From assembly GCF_009914755.1 (NCBI RefSeq), contig NC_060927.1: 64,000 bases of DNA; one strand, written 5' to 3'. A program made the translations under genes and the position numbers. Below, piece by piece: positions 41,327 to 54,000 of this stretch (within the stretch, counting starts at the first letter, position 1; each line of letters begins with the position of its first letter). The stretch is from the human T2T-CHM13v2.0 reference genome, Homo sapiens. Under the pieces are notes generated by a model. That model was not told the DNA's origin. It was given only the letters and a program-made list of their open reading frames with translations, and did no database searches.

Positions 41327-42900
41327 AACAAAGCCATCTATCTGTGATTGTTCTTCACTGAGGAGGACTTGCTTTCCTGGCATGTTCCCCCCAAAATTGT
41401 GCCAAATACAGCTGATTCCCGTTGCAAATGGGAGTCTTACCTTCAGAACAATCAAGTTACACAGTAAAACCTTCTCTCCCTTCTTCCACTGTTTTTGAAA
41501 TTTAAAGCAACCCAGCTGCCTCTAAGAATAAAAAGGAAAACAAATATAAAAATAAACCACTCTTATATTGCAAGGAGTAGGGGAAATTGGCCACTTTTTA
41601 ATATTAGAAATTTCAAACATATGGTGAACTAATTTATATTTTCATTTTGACATTTTCCTTCTCAGGGGGAGGGCAATTAAGTCATATTTTAAGCCCATTC
41701 AAGGTGGGCTTATTCTGAAAATGTTGTAGTGATATCTATAGATCATGCTCGCCACCAATCAGCAGAACTTAAGGATGCAGGAATGCCTAGTTCTCCCCTG
41801 CCTAGACCACCTGACCCAAGGGGCACTTGAGATAAGGACTTCCTCCATGAAAATTTGGGGCTCCTACTGTCCTCCCTGGCTCCCATCTTGCTCAACTTCA
41901 GGCTGTTTTCCACAAAGCTGGCAAAGGGATCTTCCTTTCATGCAGATTTGATCATACCAGCCATCTGCTTGAAATAAACTTTCAATGACTCCATATGAGC
42001 CTCAGGATTAAGTCAAAACCCTAGTATTAGCACACTAATAAATTTTCTCTTGATCTGACCCTGCTCACTCTTCCCTATATCAGTCCTGGTCTCTCCTCCC
42101 CGTGTGCACCTGCCTGAGTCATATTAAGCCATATTTCATCCCAAGGTGTGCCTCTCCTTCTCTCACTGCCCACTCTGCCTTGAAAACCTCATTGCCCCTT
42201 CTTCACCTGGCTCATGCCTTCCTTTCCATTTTGACTTCCAGTCTAGTTACAATCCAATGATTCTATTTTTGCCATGTTAAAATATGGCCAAAGATAATTT
42301 TATCTAAAACATAGAATATTGTGCATGATTTTCAGTCTTACTGAACATATTTCATCTTGCACATTTGTCCTTGTTGCTCAGTGAAAACACATTAAAATTC
42401 TGCAACAATCCAACCTTCATCTTGACTAAATTGCTGAAAACTAACCACTAGCAGATGATTCTTTTCACGTATGATGGAATTTTCCACTAATGTGTATACT
42501 TACTCTAGGCACATCCACATATCCTCTAGTCATGCCTTATCAGACTACACCCCTGAAATAGCAATCCCCTATATTTCCATTGTTTTATTTTCATTTTTTA
42601 ATCCCATAATTGAATAGATTATAAATCTGAATTGCCTATTGAACAAAACAGAGTTATAATCTCAATTTTAGAGGAGGAGGTAATGGTGGCAGATGATATG
42701 AAGATATTGTGAGGTTCACCTAACATTTCATAATGTTTTGGCACAGAAAAGAATAGAAGTATCAATTTTGGATCCTATTTTCAATTCAGGGGTCCTCCTG
42801 GTTTGGGAACTAATAGAAGAAAGAGGATTAATCCTTTGTCTTGCAAGCTAATAACCTTGAAGAAAGATGAGTTGCAGAGCAGCGGGCCCCAGGCAGTCAG

Positions 42901-43026
42901 CAGCTCTTCCCCCACCCCGCTGGCTGGCCCCATTCACTTACTTTGTAATATGTCTAGTCAGTGTTGGTGGAAACTATAATCTGATCCTTCCATGACTGAT
43001 TCAGACTTCACTGGGTATAAAGCATG
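42901..43026 (+). repeat. Copy 2 of ~120-bp diverged direct repeat
   Basis: tggtggaaactataatctgatccttccatgactgattcagacttcactgggtataaagcatg. Confidence 0.85.
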
Positions 43027-43447
43027 GGTGCACAGTTCAGCTTAGAGTCTGCCAGGAATTTGCTCCCATTGAACTTGCTATGAGGACATCTTTTGGCTCA
43101 CTCTACCTTTTCATGTTCTCCTTAGTGGAATGTCACTTGCCTGAAATAGCTTTTATGTGACTTGCTTTTTGGTTGTTTTCTCCAGATCATTACTCCTTTC
43201 CTTTGAGACTTGAATTTAATCTTAGTAAATTGATTGAATTTATTTTTCTTTTAAGAAGAGCTCTTGTCATCACATCCTCCATCACTTTATCATTCCATAT
43301 TGTTGTGCCTGTTATTCATGTCAGTAATATGTTGGCCTCATTTTTCATTGCTTTATTTCTTTTACATATTCAAATAAAATTAACTCTTTCTCATTGCTTT
43401 CTTAATTAGTGATATTTTTATACTAATTTATTGAAAACCAAGCCACT

Positions 43448-43863
43448 TGATATGGTTTGGATCTGTGTCCCCACCCAAATCTCATGTCAAATTGTAATCC
43501 CCAGTGTTGGAGGTGGGGCCTGGTGGGAGGTGTTTGGATCATAGGGGCAGTTTCTCATGAATGGTTTAGCACCATCCTGTTGGTGCTGTTCTTGTGATAC
43601 TGAATGAGTTCTCATGAGATCTGGTTGTTTAAAGTGTGTAGGGCCTCCCCCCAACTCTCTTGCTCCTGCTCCCGCCATGTAAGATGCATCATTATCCCTT
43701 TGCCTTCCACCATGACTAAAAGCTTCCTGAGGCCTCCCTAGAAGCAGAAGTGGCTAAGCTTCCTGTACAGGCTGCAGAATCATGAGCCAGTTGAATCTCT
43801 TTTCTTTATAAATTGCCCAGTCTCAGGTATTTCTTTAGAGCAATGCAAGAATGGACTAATACA
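43448..43863 (+). mobile_element. MSTA-like MaLR solo LTR
   Basis: TGATATGGTTTGGATCTGTGTCCCCACCCAAATCTCATG ... GGACTAATACA; 5-bp TSD CCACT at 43443-43447 and 43864-43868. Confidence 0.9.
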
Positions 43864-45898
43864 CCACTTTAATAACTCCAACACGTTGCCAGCTTACTCT
43901 ACTAGTAGGCAAAAAATATAATGGATTGGGTCTTCCCCCCACTTTAAAAGAAACTTTGATTAATAGAACTTAGAAAACCTGGGCAAAACCAGATGAAAAT
44001 GTCCTTCTGTGTTTTTTTTTTTTTTCAGTGTCCTGGGAACAAAATGGTCCCTGCATGTTTGACGTAATGAATTAGACAACTAATTTAGGCATAGGCAGCA
44101 TGGAGCAGGTCTCTGAAAGTGAGCAGGGCTACTACTTCAGAGTGGAGTTACTCTCAGCAAGTTACATAACAGTGTGAGCTTCAGTGTCTTTATTCGTCAG
44201 ATATAATTGTTGGGAGCAGGAAATAAGATGACACCTAACATGGTGCCTTGTTAATCTTCCTCTCTATTCCCTCCTCCCCTGCCTTTTCCACAACTGTTTC
44301 CACTAGAGTTAATGAGAACTAGGTGATAAAGCCACAAACACCATCCTTGCTCTCTCCAGTTCCTCCAAAAAATAAAAATAACTGGAAGCAAGTGATTAAC
44401 CCATGATTTTTTTAAAATGTGTGTCATGTAGTAAATAAATCGTATATGTAAATGATGAGTATTTGTTTGACCCAGGAATGCAGCTTTTATAAAAAATTAC
44501 TGTGCAACTGGCTAATCTGGAATTGCTCCATATTTTTCCATTTTGATTACCAAATTTGGAATTGAATAGAGTTCTGTCTATAATCATGAGAAACTCAAAA
44601 ACAGGAAGATACTACTGTCCCTGGTGCTTTGTTATTTAGTTCTTCTGACAGCAGATTAGTCAGTCAACCCTTAGGGAGGATGTTTTACACTAAGAAGCAG
44701 ACTTGGGAATGCCTTGGCTGTTTTTACAAACAAGGTAACCTAATGGAAATTCATTTTTGAGTTGATGAATCCTATAGCACACTCATTTTACTTGTGTTTA
44801 CTTACTAGGATACTGCTTTGAATTATTTACTTTTCAGCCTCATTTTTGACATCATAAAGACATGAATGTCAGGACACTGGGGAGATCCAAGACTTAATTC
44901 TTACCATGGGACTTGAAATAATTTTGATGAATTCCATAGACAAAACATAGGTAACACCTCAACTAGAAATGCAGAATTTCAGAATTTCGAAGAGACTTAA
45001 TTATCTCTAGTCCAGTCACACATTTGAAGCTTAAATTTGCTTCAGTACATCCCTGTCAAGTGAGATTCAACCCTTCAGTGTCCTCCAGATAGATCTATTA
45101 AAAAGTTCTTCCTTATTTTAATCCCCACAGTTTTCACCTTGGGTCTAGATTCTATTATGGACATAAAAGGCAGTTCTGCTCAAACCTACGAAGGTACAAA
45201 CTTCTTGAGGGCAGGGACTGTATTCACTACAGCTTCTAGTAACTTGGTAAATGATTGCTGAATGAATAGAATTAGTAGCAGAAGATCTTCTCTATTTTGG
45301 GATATTATCTTACAGAATGGCAAATGAGCCTCTTATTTAAGTTCCACTGAGAAAGCATCATATGAGAACTGATTTTATTGTTTCAACGCTATAGCTGATT
45401 TTTTTATTCTTTCAATCTTATACTTCAAGCACTTTTACCTGTTTATGTTATTATAGTATACCTTCACTACAAAAGAATATATTTAATGACTCTACAGCTA
45501 TTAACTATTGAGTATTACATGTGCAGAGCATACTGTCTGCGACTTGAGGCAGAGAAGTTGAAACTCCACTGAAGTTAGGTATAAGAAGTCCTGAGTTCTA
45601 ACTCCAGCCGCACCACTAACATCTGAGTAACCCTGGACAGGTCACTCAGTCTCTGTAGTTCTTGACTCCTCATCTGCAAACTGCAAGGGTTGAACCAAAT
45701 ATTTTCTTCAACTTCTTTCCACCATCACAGATTATTTCTGTTCTTGACTTGTCTGTCCCATGAGGTAGAGTGTCATAGAGACAAAGAATACAGACCTCTG
45801 ATTTCCAGTTCTGTTCTCAAATTGTATTGTCCGTAACTATCTACTTATGTACATTGTTTAAAGCTAAGTCTGCTTTCTTTTCCCCTCTCTCTTTTCAG

Positions 45899-46309
45899 AA
45901 TACTTTTCTTCAGGAGACAGTGCGTAGAGAATGTGAAGAACGCTTTGAACTGACAGAGGCTTTGAGTCAAGCCAGAGAACAGCTCCTGGAGCTCAGTAAG
46001 CTTCGTGGAAGTTTACCATTCTCACCGTGTTCCCTCAGCAAGGGCAGCCTAACCTCCCCTGCTGCAGCAGTCAGTAATCATGGAGAGAGAAGCCTTGCAA
46101 GACTGAACTCTGAAAAAGGAATCCAAATTCCCAACCTGCGCGGGGTGTCAAAACCCACCACTTTCCCAACCTCAGATAAGCCGAAGAGGGTTAGATCAGG
46201 CGTGCCCATTCTCCCCCAGCCACATCCTCCCAGGGGTGGAGCATCTTCAGCAAATGAGACTAGACAGAGACTGGCTGCCATTCTTAGGAGAAGGCGGAGT
46301 CAGCAATGA
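45899..46309 (+). CDS. LEKR1: LEKR1 terminal coding exon (NTFLQETVRRECEERFELTEAL...ETRQRLAAILRRRRSQQ*)
   Basis: Strong polypyrimidine acceptor ctctctcttttcag|AAT; 137 codons ending in TGA; in frame with the upstream exon; C-terminus recognised as LEKR1. Confidence 0.9.
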   Translation, partial: NTFLQETVRRECEERFELTEALSQAREQLLELSKLRGSLPFSPCSLSKGSLTSPAAAVSNHGERSLARLNSEKGIQIPNLRGVSKPTTFPTSDKPKRVRSGVPILPQPHPPRGGASSANETRQRLAAILRRRRSQQ

Positions 46310-46800
46310 TCCAAAATGAGGAGCAGGAAGCTCCCTACAGCGTGCACGCTCTTTCAGAGAGTGCCAGGAATTCACTGTAACTGAGAATGACAATGATAAA
46401 ATTATTTTCACAGATCAGGAAGGCATACCTATAGATGTATTTAACAAAAGACTGTAAAAAGCTGGAAAATTGTGAAGCCTTATTTTTCAAGAGGGTTTTG
46501 ATAGAGTAACAGATCATTAAGTTGTTGGTATTCCAGAGGTCCGATTTCTATGTTTATGTTGGAATGTGCTCTATGAATATAGCCTTTTAGAGATCACAGG
46601 TAAAATTTTTCACCCATAACATCTTTTCAATTTCTTGCGCCACTACAAGCAGATATATTTCCACAAAAAAATAGATTGTTTGAGATTTGTTGGTATGTGT
46701 TCATTTGTTTGTTGAGCCGAATAGGTTAAATCGATGTAATAAGTATTCCAAACAGAAAAAAAAAGTACTTTATCTAATTAAAATTAGATAATCTCCAAAA
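46310..46800 (+). other. LEKR1: LEKR1 3' UTR (end uncertain)
   Basis: Follows the stop codon; candidate ATTAAA signal at 46777-46782. Confidence 0.55.
46777..46782 (+). terminator. Candidate polyadenylation signal ATTAAA
   Basis: First strong PAS hexamer after the stop; first canonical AATAAA is only at 48130-48135. Confidence 0.4.
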
Positions 46801-47809
46801 TGCTTAGTTCAGGTAGTTGCAGAGCTCATCATCATAATCAAAAACATCTTTTCCTCACCTTACAATCTAATTGGTTAATCTAATTTCTCTTTAGGCTAGC
46901 TCAGAGTTAATGATAGATAACCTTCAGGAAGACAATCTTCTCTGAGTGGCTGGGGACCTTCTAGAAAAAGAGATGGTAATGTCAATTCAAGGAAATGGTA
47001 GTTTATTTCTCAAATTATGTAGATTATTTTAGTAAACAAAGAACCTGATCATATTGATAGATACTTTCTACAATGAGTGCTTTTTGGTACTCAGAGTTAG
47101 GTCTTTATTAGACCTTGTATTCTCGAACCATTGGGAAAAGAACTAATTCAAGACAGTTTAGTAAAGTTATACAGAGCTAATTTGGGATTCAAATTTTATT
47201 ACCCCTGAAAATGGGTAACTGGTTAACATGTTTTCTATTTTCAGAGTGAAAAAGTAAAACCAGAAGCCAGATCATCTATTCTATTTTAAATCTGCAGACA
47301 CTTCCTGTTTCTTAAAACACAACTCTTTGCCTTAGTCTAGTGTTCATCTATGTTTTTCTCCATCTAATAGAAGTGTATTTTCCTTCAAAAACTAACTTTA
47401 CTTAAATACTCCATCTGACTACATCATGAACATCCAGACTTCCTATTCCCATATTAGAATAATAGTAACACATTTAAAATATGCTACATAAAATTCTCTG
47501 CTATTTGACCATCTTAATAAGATCAGAGAATTCAAAGGTGTTTGGGATCCCTTCCATGTGCAAAAGATGTAAAGTTACTAAACAAAATCAAATTGATTTC
47601 TAGTCTTCCAAAAGATTAGTCTACTCTATTAATAGAGTATCTTAACCTCAAAAAAATTCCACATTAGGTCCACTGATTTGCCTGACTAGTTTAAGTATGG
47701 CCTCTTGTGTTAAGAGTTGAATGCTTACTTTTGTTTTGCAAAGATTGGCATCCCTTGTAATGGCCTTTGACAAGAGAGCACAACATCATTGAAGAATGGC
47801 ACTGGGTGG

Positions 47810-47945
47810 ATCTTAGAAGTCACCCCAACCGTAATTTTACAGATAAGGAATAGATGCCCAGAGAGATTGTGACTTGGCTAAGGTAGTACAGCTAGTTAGT
47901 AACAACTAGAACCAGAACCACAATCACCTGACCCCAGACTTTCTA
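47810..47945. mobile_element. MIR
   Basis: 'attttacagataaggaatagatgcccagagagattgtgacttggctaaggtagtacagctagttagt'. Confidence 0.65.
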
Positions 47946-48154
47946 CCTCACTGGAGCTTCCCAAGCCTCCATCATGACCTTTGTCAATAGCACCTACACT
48001 ATATGTAGTTTATATTTTTCCTTAAATGCACTTATTTTTTAACCGGAAATTTATGTAAAAAGTAAATTTGACTCAAGGAGAAGTAGCTATAATGAGTTTG
48101 ATTCACTGTTTTTTTCTTATACACTTGGAAATAAATGTGTATCTAAGAAATGTT

Positions 48155-48441
48155 GGCTGGGCATGGTGGCTCCATGCTTATAATCCCAGCACTTAGATTG
48201 CTTGAGCCCAGGAGTTTGAGATCAGCCTGGGCAACATAAGGAGACCTTGTCTCTACAAAAAATAATAATGAAAATTAGCCAGGCATAGTGGTGCTTGCCT
48301 GTAGTCCTAGCCACTTGGGAGGGTAAGCTGGGAGTATCCCTGGAGCCCAGGAGGTCAAGTTTGTAGTGAGCCATGATTGTGCCACTGCCATCCAGCCTGG
48401 GCAACAGAGTGAGACCCTGTCTCAAAACAGCAACAACAACA
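48155..48441 (+). mobile_element. AluJ with short deletion in left arm
   Basis: 'cccagcactt' jumps to 'agattgcttgagccc'; (CAA)n tail; degenerate TSD aagaaatgtt / cagaagtgtt. Confidence 0.85.
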
Positions 48442-50275
48442 CCAGAAGTGTTAGTCGGTGCACCCTCTAAAATCATCTTCTATAATACCAACAGGCGACC
48501 ACTGCACTGGACCTTAGGGTCTCTGATCTGTTGTTTGCATGTTTAAATTATGAGTACTCATGACATAAGGAAAATGGCAAAATCTAGTGAAAACTTTAGT
48601 GAAAGCACAAGAGATTATTGTGTGCAACAGTCTTTGTTATAGGGTTATACATGCTTTTTACAGTCTTGCAATTTCAGCTCATGGAGATACAGTGGGTCTG
48701 TATCTTCAGGAACCATGGGGATAAAGTAGGTTTCTTCATTTTTTCTAAGTTATGAACATATTTAGATTTATAAAGTCACACATAAGCTTTTCTAATGGTG
48801 ATGTAGACTATTACTGCAAAACCTGATTTCTCAGTTTGCTATTACATTTTTGCCTTATTAGTACTTCGGTAAATAATCACTCTGAGAATAGAATCATGAT
48901 CTGCAATGAGGTTGTATTATACTCCACAAATATATCAGAGAAGTAATTCCATGAATAAACAGAAATGTCATATTAACATTTATTTCAACCTAGACCATTT
49001 GAATGGCGACGACTAAGCTATGTTGCCTTTAAAGAAAGACATCTTTAACAACAAAAAAAATAGCGTTATAGTAGGTAACCTACAGGTTAGGAACACATTC
49101 AAACTTTTCTTGATTTTCTCACTGATAAATAAGTTCCTGGCATGAGACAGTTATAAGGAATCTTAGGAAAGTAATTGAGTAGGATGAAAAAATAAGGCTC
49201 CAAATGCATATAATGGATATTTAGTCTAATACTTTTAATTTCTCCATGGATTGATGTTTGCCATGACTTGCCATGGAAGGATTTACAGGTGTTAAGAGAA
49301 AAGATATCAAAGAAAATATTCCTTAGAGAAGTATAACCCTCTGGTTTTCTTCTTAAACTGGTATTCATGGACAAAGATGGAGAATTCTTCTAAGTTAACA
49401 TAGAATTCTCAAACGATTTTTAAAAGTCTTATTGAATTAAATTACTATATTTGTAGTTGGTCAGAACTACTTAAAAGTCACATTTTCTGGTAAGGGAATT
49501 GACTGGAAGATACATTAACACAAAATTATGTAAGACTAAGATATTTTAATGTTCTGTTAGTCTGAAAGTTTTTGTCATATTTAAGATCAATTATTGCTAA
49601 TTTATTTGACTATGGAGCTAGCTTTCTCAAGTTTTATCTTTTTAAATTCTTATGACTCTTACACTATTGCACTAATAGATCAACCTAGTATCCTAAAAGA
49701 GGTAACGCACTACAGCTGAAAATGTTTAACCATTGCGTTGCGGCTTATGGAGCACAGGAAATCAATTTGGTATGTGTTCAAAATTCACAAATGCTATCAT
49801 GACTATAGATTATTAAACTTTTTTATTTTCACGTTTTAGGAAAATAATGTAGACCATCTCTTGCAAAGGACACCTTTAATGGTCCCCCAAATCATGACAG
49901 ACAATTATGGTATCATTGCTAAGGTGGTATCAATGGTATTTTGAGAAAGAATTTGACTTTTCTGCTTGAAAATATTAACCCTGTTTAATACCACGTTGTG
50001 AAGCCAATACTATTGTGTTGCATTTTTAGAATATTAAATATAAATTATATCATCTTTGTATATTCTGAATTTTACATATAGAATTTTCTTAAGAACATAA
50101 TAGATGAATCTGGGATACACTTTTCTATGACAATATTTACCATGATCTAGTAAGTCAAAAGATATCCCTCTCTTCCAACATTTATATAGCACAGTGCTTT
50201 ATATTCATTAGTTAAAAAAAATTTACTAAACATCCCTTACTCCATAAGAAACTATGTGAGAATACTGAGTCACAG

Positions 50276-50359
50276 TAAGTAATTTGCCCAAAATTAAGTA
50301 ATTTGGGCAAAATTACTTAAGTAATTTGGGCAAAATTACTTAAGTAATTTGCCCAAAAT
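50276..50359. repeat. Fold-back mini-array A-B-B-A inside a MIR-like segment
   Basis: A=taagtaatttgcccaaaat, B=taagtaatttgggcaaaattact; B carries the inverted copy of A. Confidence 0.9.
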
Positions 50360-50429
50360 AATAATAGATTAATAAATAATTTTAAACTTCTGCAGTTTCT
50401 GAACATCTTGATCCATAGATTAATACTGA

Positions 50430-51080
50430 ATCTGTATTATTCATTCACTCATTTCTTCAACAGACACGAGGAACTGAAAAAGTACTGTGAGAGCTACAAA
50501 GAAAATTAAAGCATCATACAGATTCCCAGGAATTATACAGTAGAGAGCAGGGAGAGAGCATATATAGAAATTAGAATATACAGCAAAGGATATTGGGTAA
50601 AAAGAGAATTGACAGCAGGGTGTTATGTGAATTCACCTTTTTGCTAGAAGAATCAGGGAATACTTTAAGCAAGAATTGGCATTTACAATGGATCTTGAAG
50701 AATAGATAGGATTTATGGAAGAAGGTATATTAGGTAGAAGAAATGTATAAAAAGAGTCACAAATTCTGTTTATGGGAAATGTAGAAGACATTTGGTGAAG
50801 GGAAGTAGTGGGAACCTGAAAAAGTAGGTTGACCTCATTGCATGAAGGTGTTGAATAAGGACCCACTGCAGGCTTTCAACTAGAAGTGACATGGTGTGCA
50901 TTGTTGAAATTTGGAAGCATTGCTCTAGCAGGGGTGTATTGGAGTAATTATGAGATGGAAAGGCTGGAGATGGGATACTAGTTGGTGGACTAATACAGTA
51001 GTTCAGGCAAGAGTTAATGAAATTCTGAGTAAAGATATTGATATTGGGGATAAACAAGAGGCAACTGATTCAAATTCTAT
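50430..51080. mobile_element. L2 fragment
   Basis: 'ttattcattcactcattt..caacag', 'ggatcttgaagaatagataggattt', 'agaagtgacatggtgtgca'. Confidence 0.6.
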
Positions 51081-54000
51081 TCAGAGAAGGGAAAGGATTT
51101 GTTCCCTGTTAAATGCTATTTAATACCACTACCAGCCATTGCCATCTTAGCAGGAGTGCGTTTTATGAGACTGGCTCCAATTAAAGGATCAGCCCCTATC
51201 TAAGAATATTACAGCTTCTCTGAAACATGTGAAATAATAGAAACTACATTTTTATATAGGCAACAAATAACCCCACAGTCTCTGTATTCATTTTAAAAAT
51301 CTCCTTAAAGTTAAAGGAAAATACTAATCTCAATAAATGTCCTAAGAATTATGGAGAAAGACTGGAAATTGACCTTAAAAAGAAATAACTATCTTGGCTT
51401 AAAGAATGCAAAGTGCAACTAAATGGGAAGCTTTGGGAGTAACACAGCACAATAAAACTTCTTTTTATTTTCAATAACCATTTATGAAGGAAAATAAAGA
51501 AGACAGCAGCTAACATAAAAATAAGAGTTATCTTAAAAATTAATAATTTTATAGTTCTGAAGGGCCTGATGCATCACCTGGTCCAAACCTGTAATTTTAC
51601 TGTAGACAATAGGGCCCTCAGACGGCCCTATCTAGTCACTTAGTGACTAGAATCTGATTTTTAATAAGATCCTTAGGTGATTCGTATACTCACTGAAGTT
51701 TAAAAAGCACTGCTTATGATGTTACCACTGGCCCTGGCATATTCTACTTTTAAGAGCTGTGTATTAGTATTGAACAGAAATAGCCTTGCTGTACTCAGTT
51801 CCCTTATGTTTAACTGAAACCTGTGGTACACTGAGACCCACCCTCATAGAATGAACTATTTAACACTCTGACTCCTAGCACGTGCAAATTCTACTTCTTT
51901 ACCCACTGACTGTGAATCTATAACTCTCCAGGGAAAACTAGTGAATTAAAGAAAATCAATATTCATTCATAAAAGCTTTAAATATTTTATACCAACACCC
52001 AAAGCCCTGAGTCTGTAAAGAACTTACTGTTTTAAAAAAAAGTTACTAAAAAAATCCAATAGAAACATTTTGGTTTTGATCATAAGCAACTGAATAATAC
52101 TAAAATCTAATCTCCTAACAGCATGTGTTTGGAGATCTGATTCCCAAAAGAAAATTGGTAATGCTGGTTGTCTTTTGAGGCTTGTGAGACATAGAATGCT
52201 TAGATAGCTTACTAAAATTATGAAGAACATATGACAGTACCATTATTCTCCCTGACAGTAGTTCTAAATGACTTAAATATAACACTGTAACTTGCAGTAT
52301 TACACATAGATGGATTTATTTCAAAGGTATAGCTAACAATGTCTGAATGAGGATCCATTTAGATTCTCAATTTCAAAATCTATATTTAACACAATGAGGC
52401 ATTATGCTCACTTGTCTGTAAGGATTAAGTCAGCTCATCTCATGACACCACAGGGTGGCCATCTTCTTTACATTTTTGAATTTAGAAATAATGAAAAGGA
52501 TTTATTTTGTTTGCCATTAAAAAGCTTTTGAATACCTCTTATTAGCATATTTAGTGCTAATATTTAGCTTGTATGGTTATTTGTTATTACCATTAATAAT
52601 TCTCATAGTTAATAATTCAAACCAAGAATTAGATAGATATATAATTTAGAATATTGAAGTATTTTTAAGTAGAGCCTTTCACAGGACATTTGTGTAAAAA
52701 GACTTAGCACTGGAAATATATTTGCTACAAAACATGAACGTCTGTCTGCATCGTGCCCCATTGCCAGATTTATCTACTTTTCTCCCAAGGGAGCTTGATA
52801 TGGCCTAACACATTAATCTAAAGAGATACCTTCTGTCTTCTGTCTTCTTAAAAGTGAGTGAGTTCTACAGTTGTCATTTTCTATCCAGAACCTTAAATTT
52901 CTAGGGAATTAAGGTTTCTGCTATGATTCAAGTGACTACTTTTTTCACTGATTTAAAGCAGAATTTCTTAAAACCCAGCACAGCCAAGTTTTCATGCACT
53001 ATTACCAGACTTTTTTAATGGTAGAGTTGAGGTTTAAGCTGGTAAACTGTAAAATAGTATCTCAAGACCGGAATCTTTTTATTTTTCCAAGTAGTACATA
53101 GTGTTCACTGTAGTAACTGAGAAATGTATTTTTTTTGAGGTTAGGAAGAAAAGAATCTACTAACTTATTTAATAGCAGTGATTGGCCCGACCACACAAGG
53201 ACTTACTCTACATGTTCCATGCTCCAGAATTATAAATCAATATTTTTCTAATGTACCCTGCAAAATTTTTTAAACTATGTAACTTTTGCACATTTTTAGG
53301 TTGATATCTGAAATAGTTCATCCTAAGTTTAAATAGCTACAAAGAATATTGTAAAGACAACCAGCGTGTTATAAATATTGGCATTTACAAAATAAATTTA
53401 TTAAGATATTTTCATGGTTGTAAAACTTTTATTGATCTCTTAAATTACTATGAAAACTTGCATAACTTCTAGATTGTAACACAAATGTTACAAATTTTGA
53501 TAAATATTAGGCAAAGTTTAAATTGTATTAACAATGAATTTCTTGATGAGATGAATGAATACCTAACATTTTGTTTACATTGAATGGAAAAGAATGGTAG
53601 ATGCAGACAAAAAGAATTGGTCTGTACATAGAATCTTATTTACTTTTTATTAATAGGAAAAAAGTAAACATCTTTAGATGAGGATTTTACTGTTTTGAAC
53701 ATTTCAAACAGTGTCTAATAAAATTATATTAACTACTTCATTAAATAATAAGTGCCAAGGGGAAAGACCTCAAAGAACTTTTATCCAGTATGTTTTCATA
53801 GACTAGATAAAAATATATCTTCATATTTTAATCAAAATGTATTTGATTAAAATTTTATTTATAAATGTTGAGTTTAAGAAAACATTGTTAATTACATTTA
53901 AAAGAATTAGTGACGCTAACCTATACTTCTTTGGCTATTTAAGATTTTTTTTTCCAGCTAATGATGTGTCCTAGGGATTAATATCAAGAAGAAGTGAAAA

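Noticed and set aside
45827-45898. N-terminal extension of the 160-aa ORF
   Set aside because: Non-ATG start; the region is the branch point and polypyrimidine tract of the terminal exon
46339-46350. 12-bp palindrome agcgtgcacgct in the 3' UTR
   Set aside because: A 12-bp palindrome is expected several times in 64 kb; no other support
50276-50359. CRISPR-like array
   Set aside because: Human DNA; units are adjacent with no unique spacers and there are no cas genes
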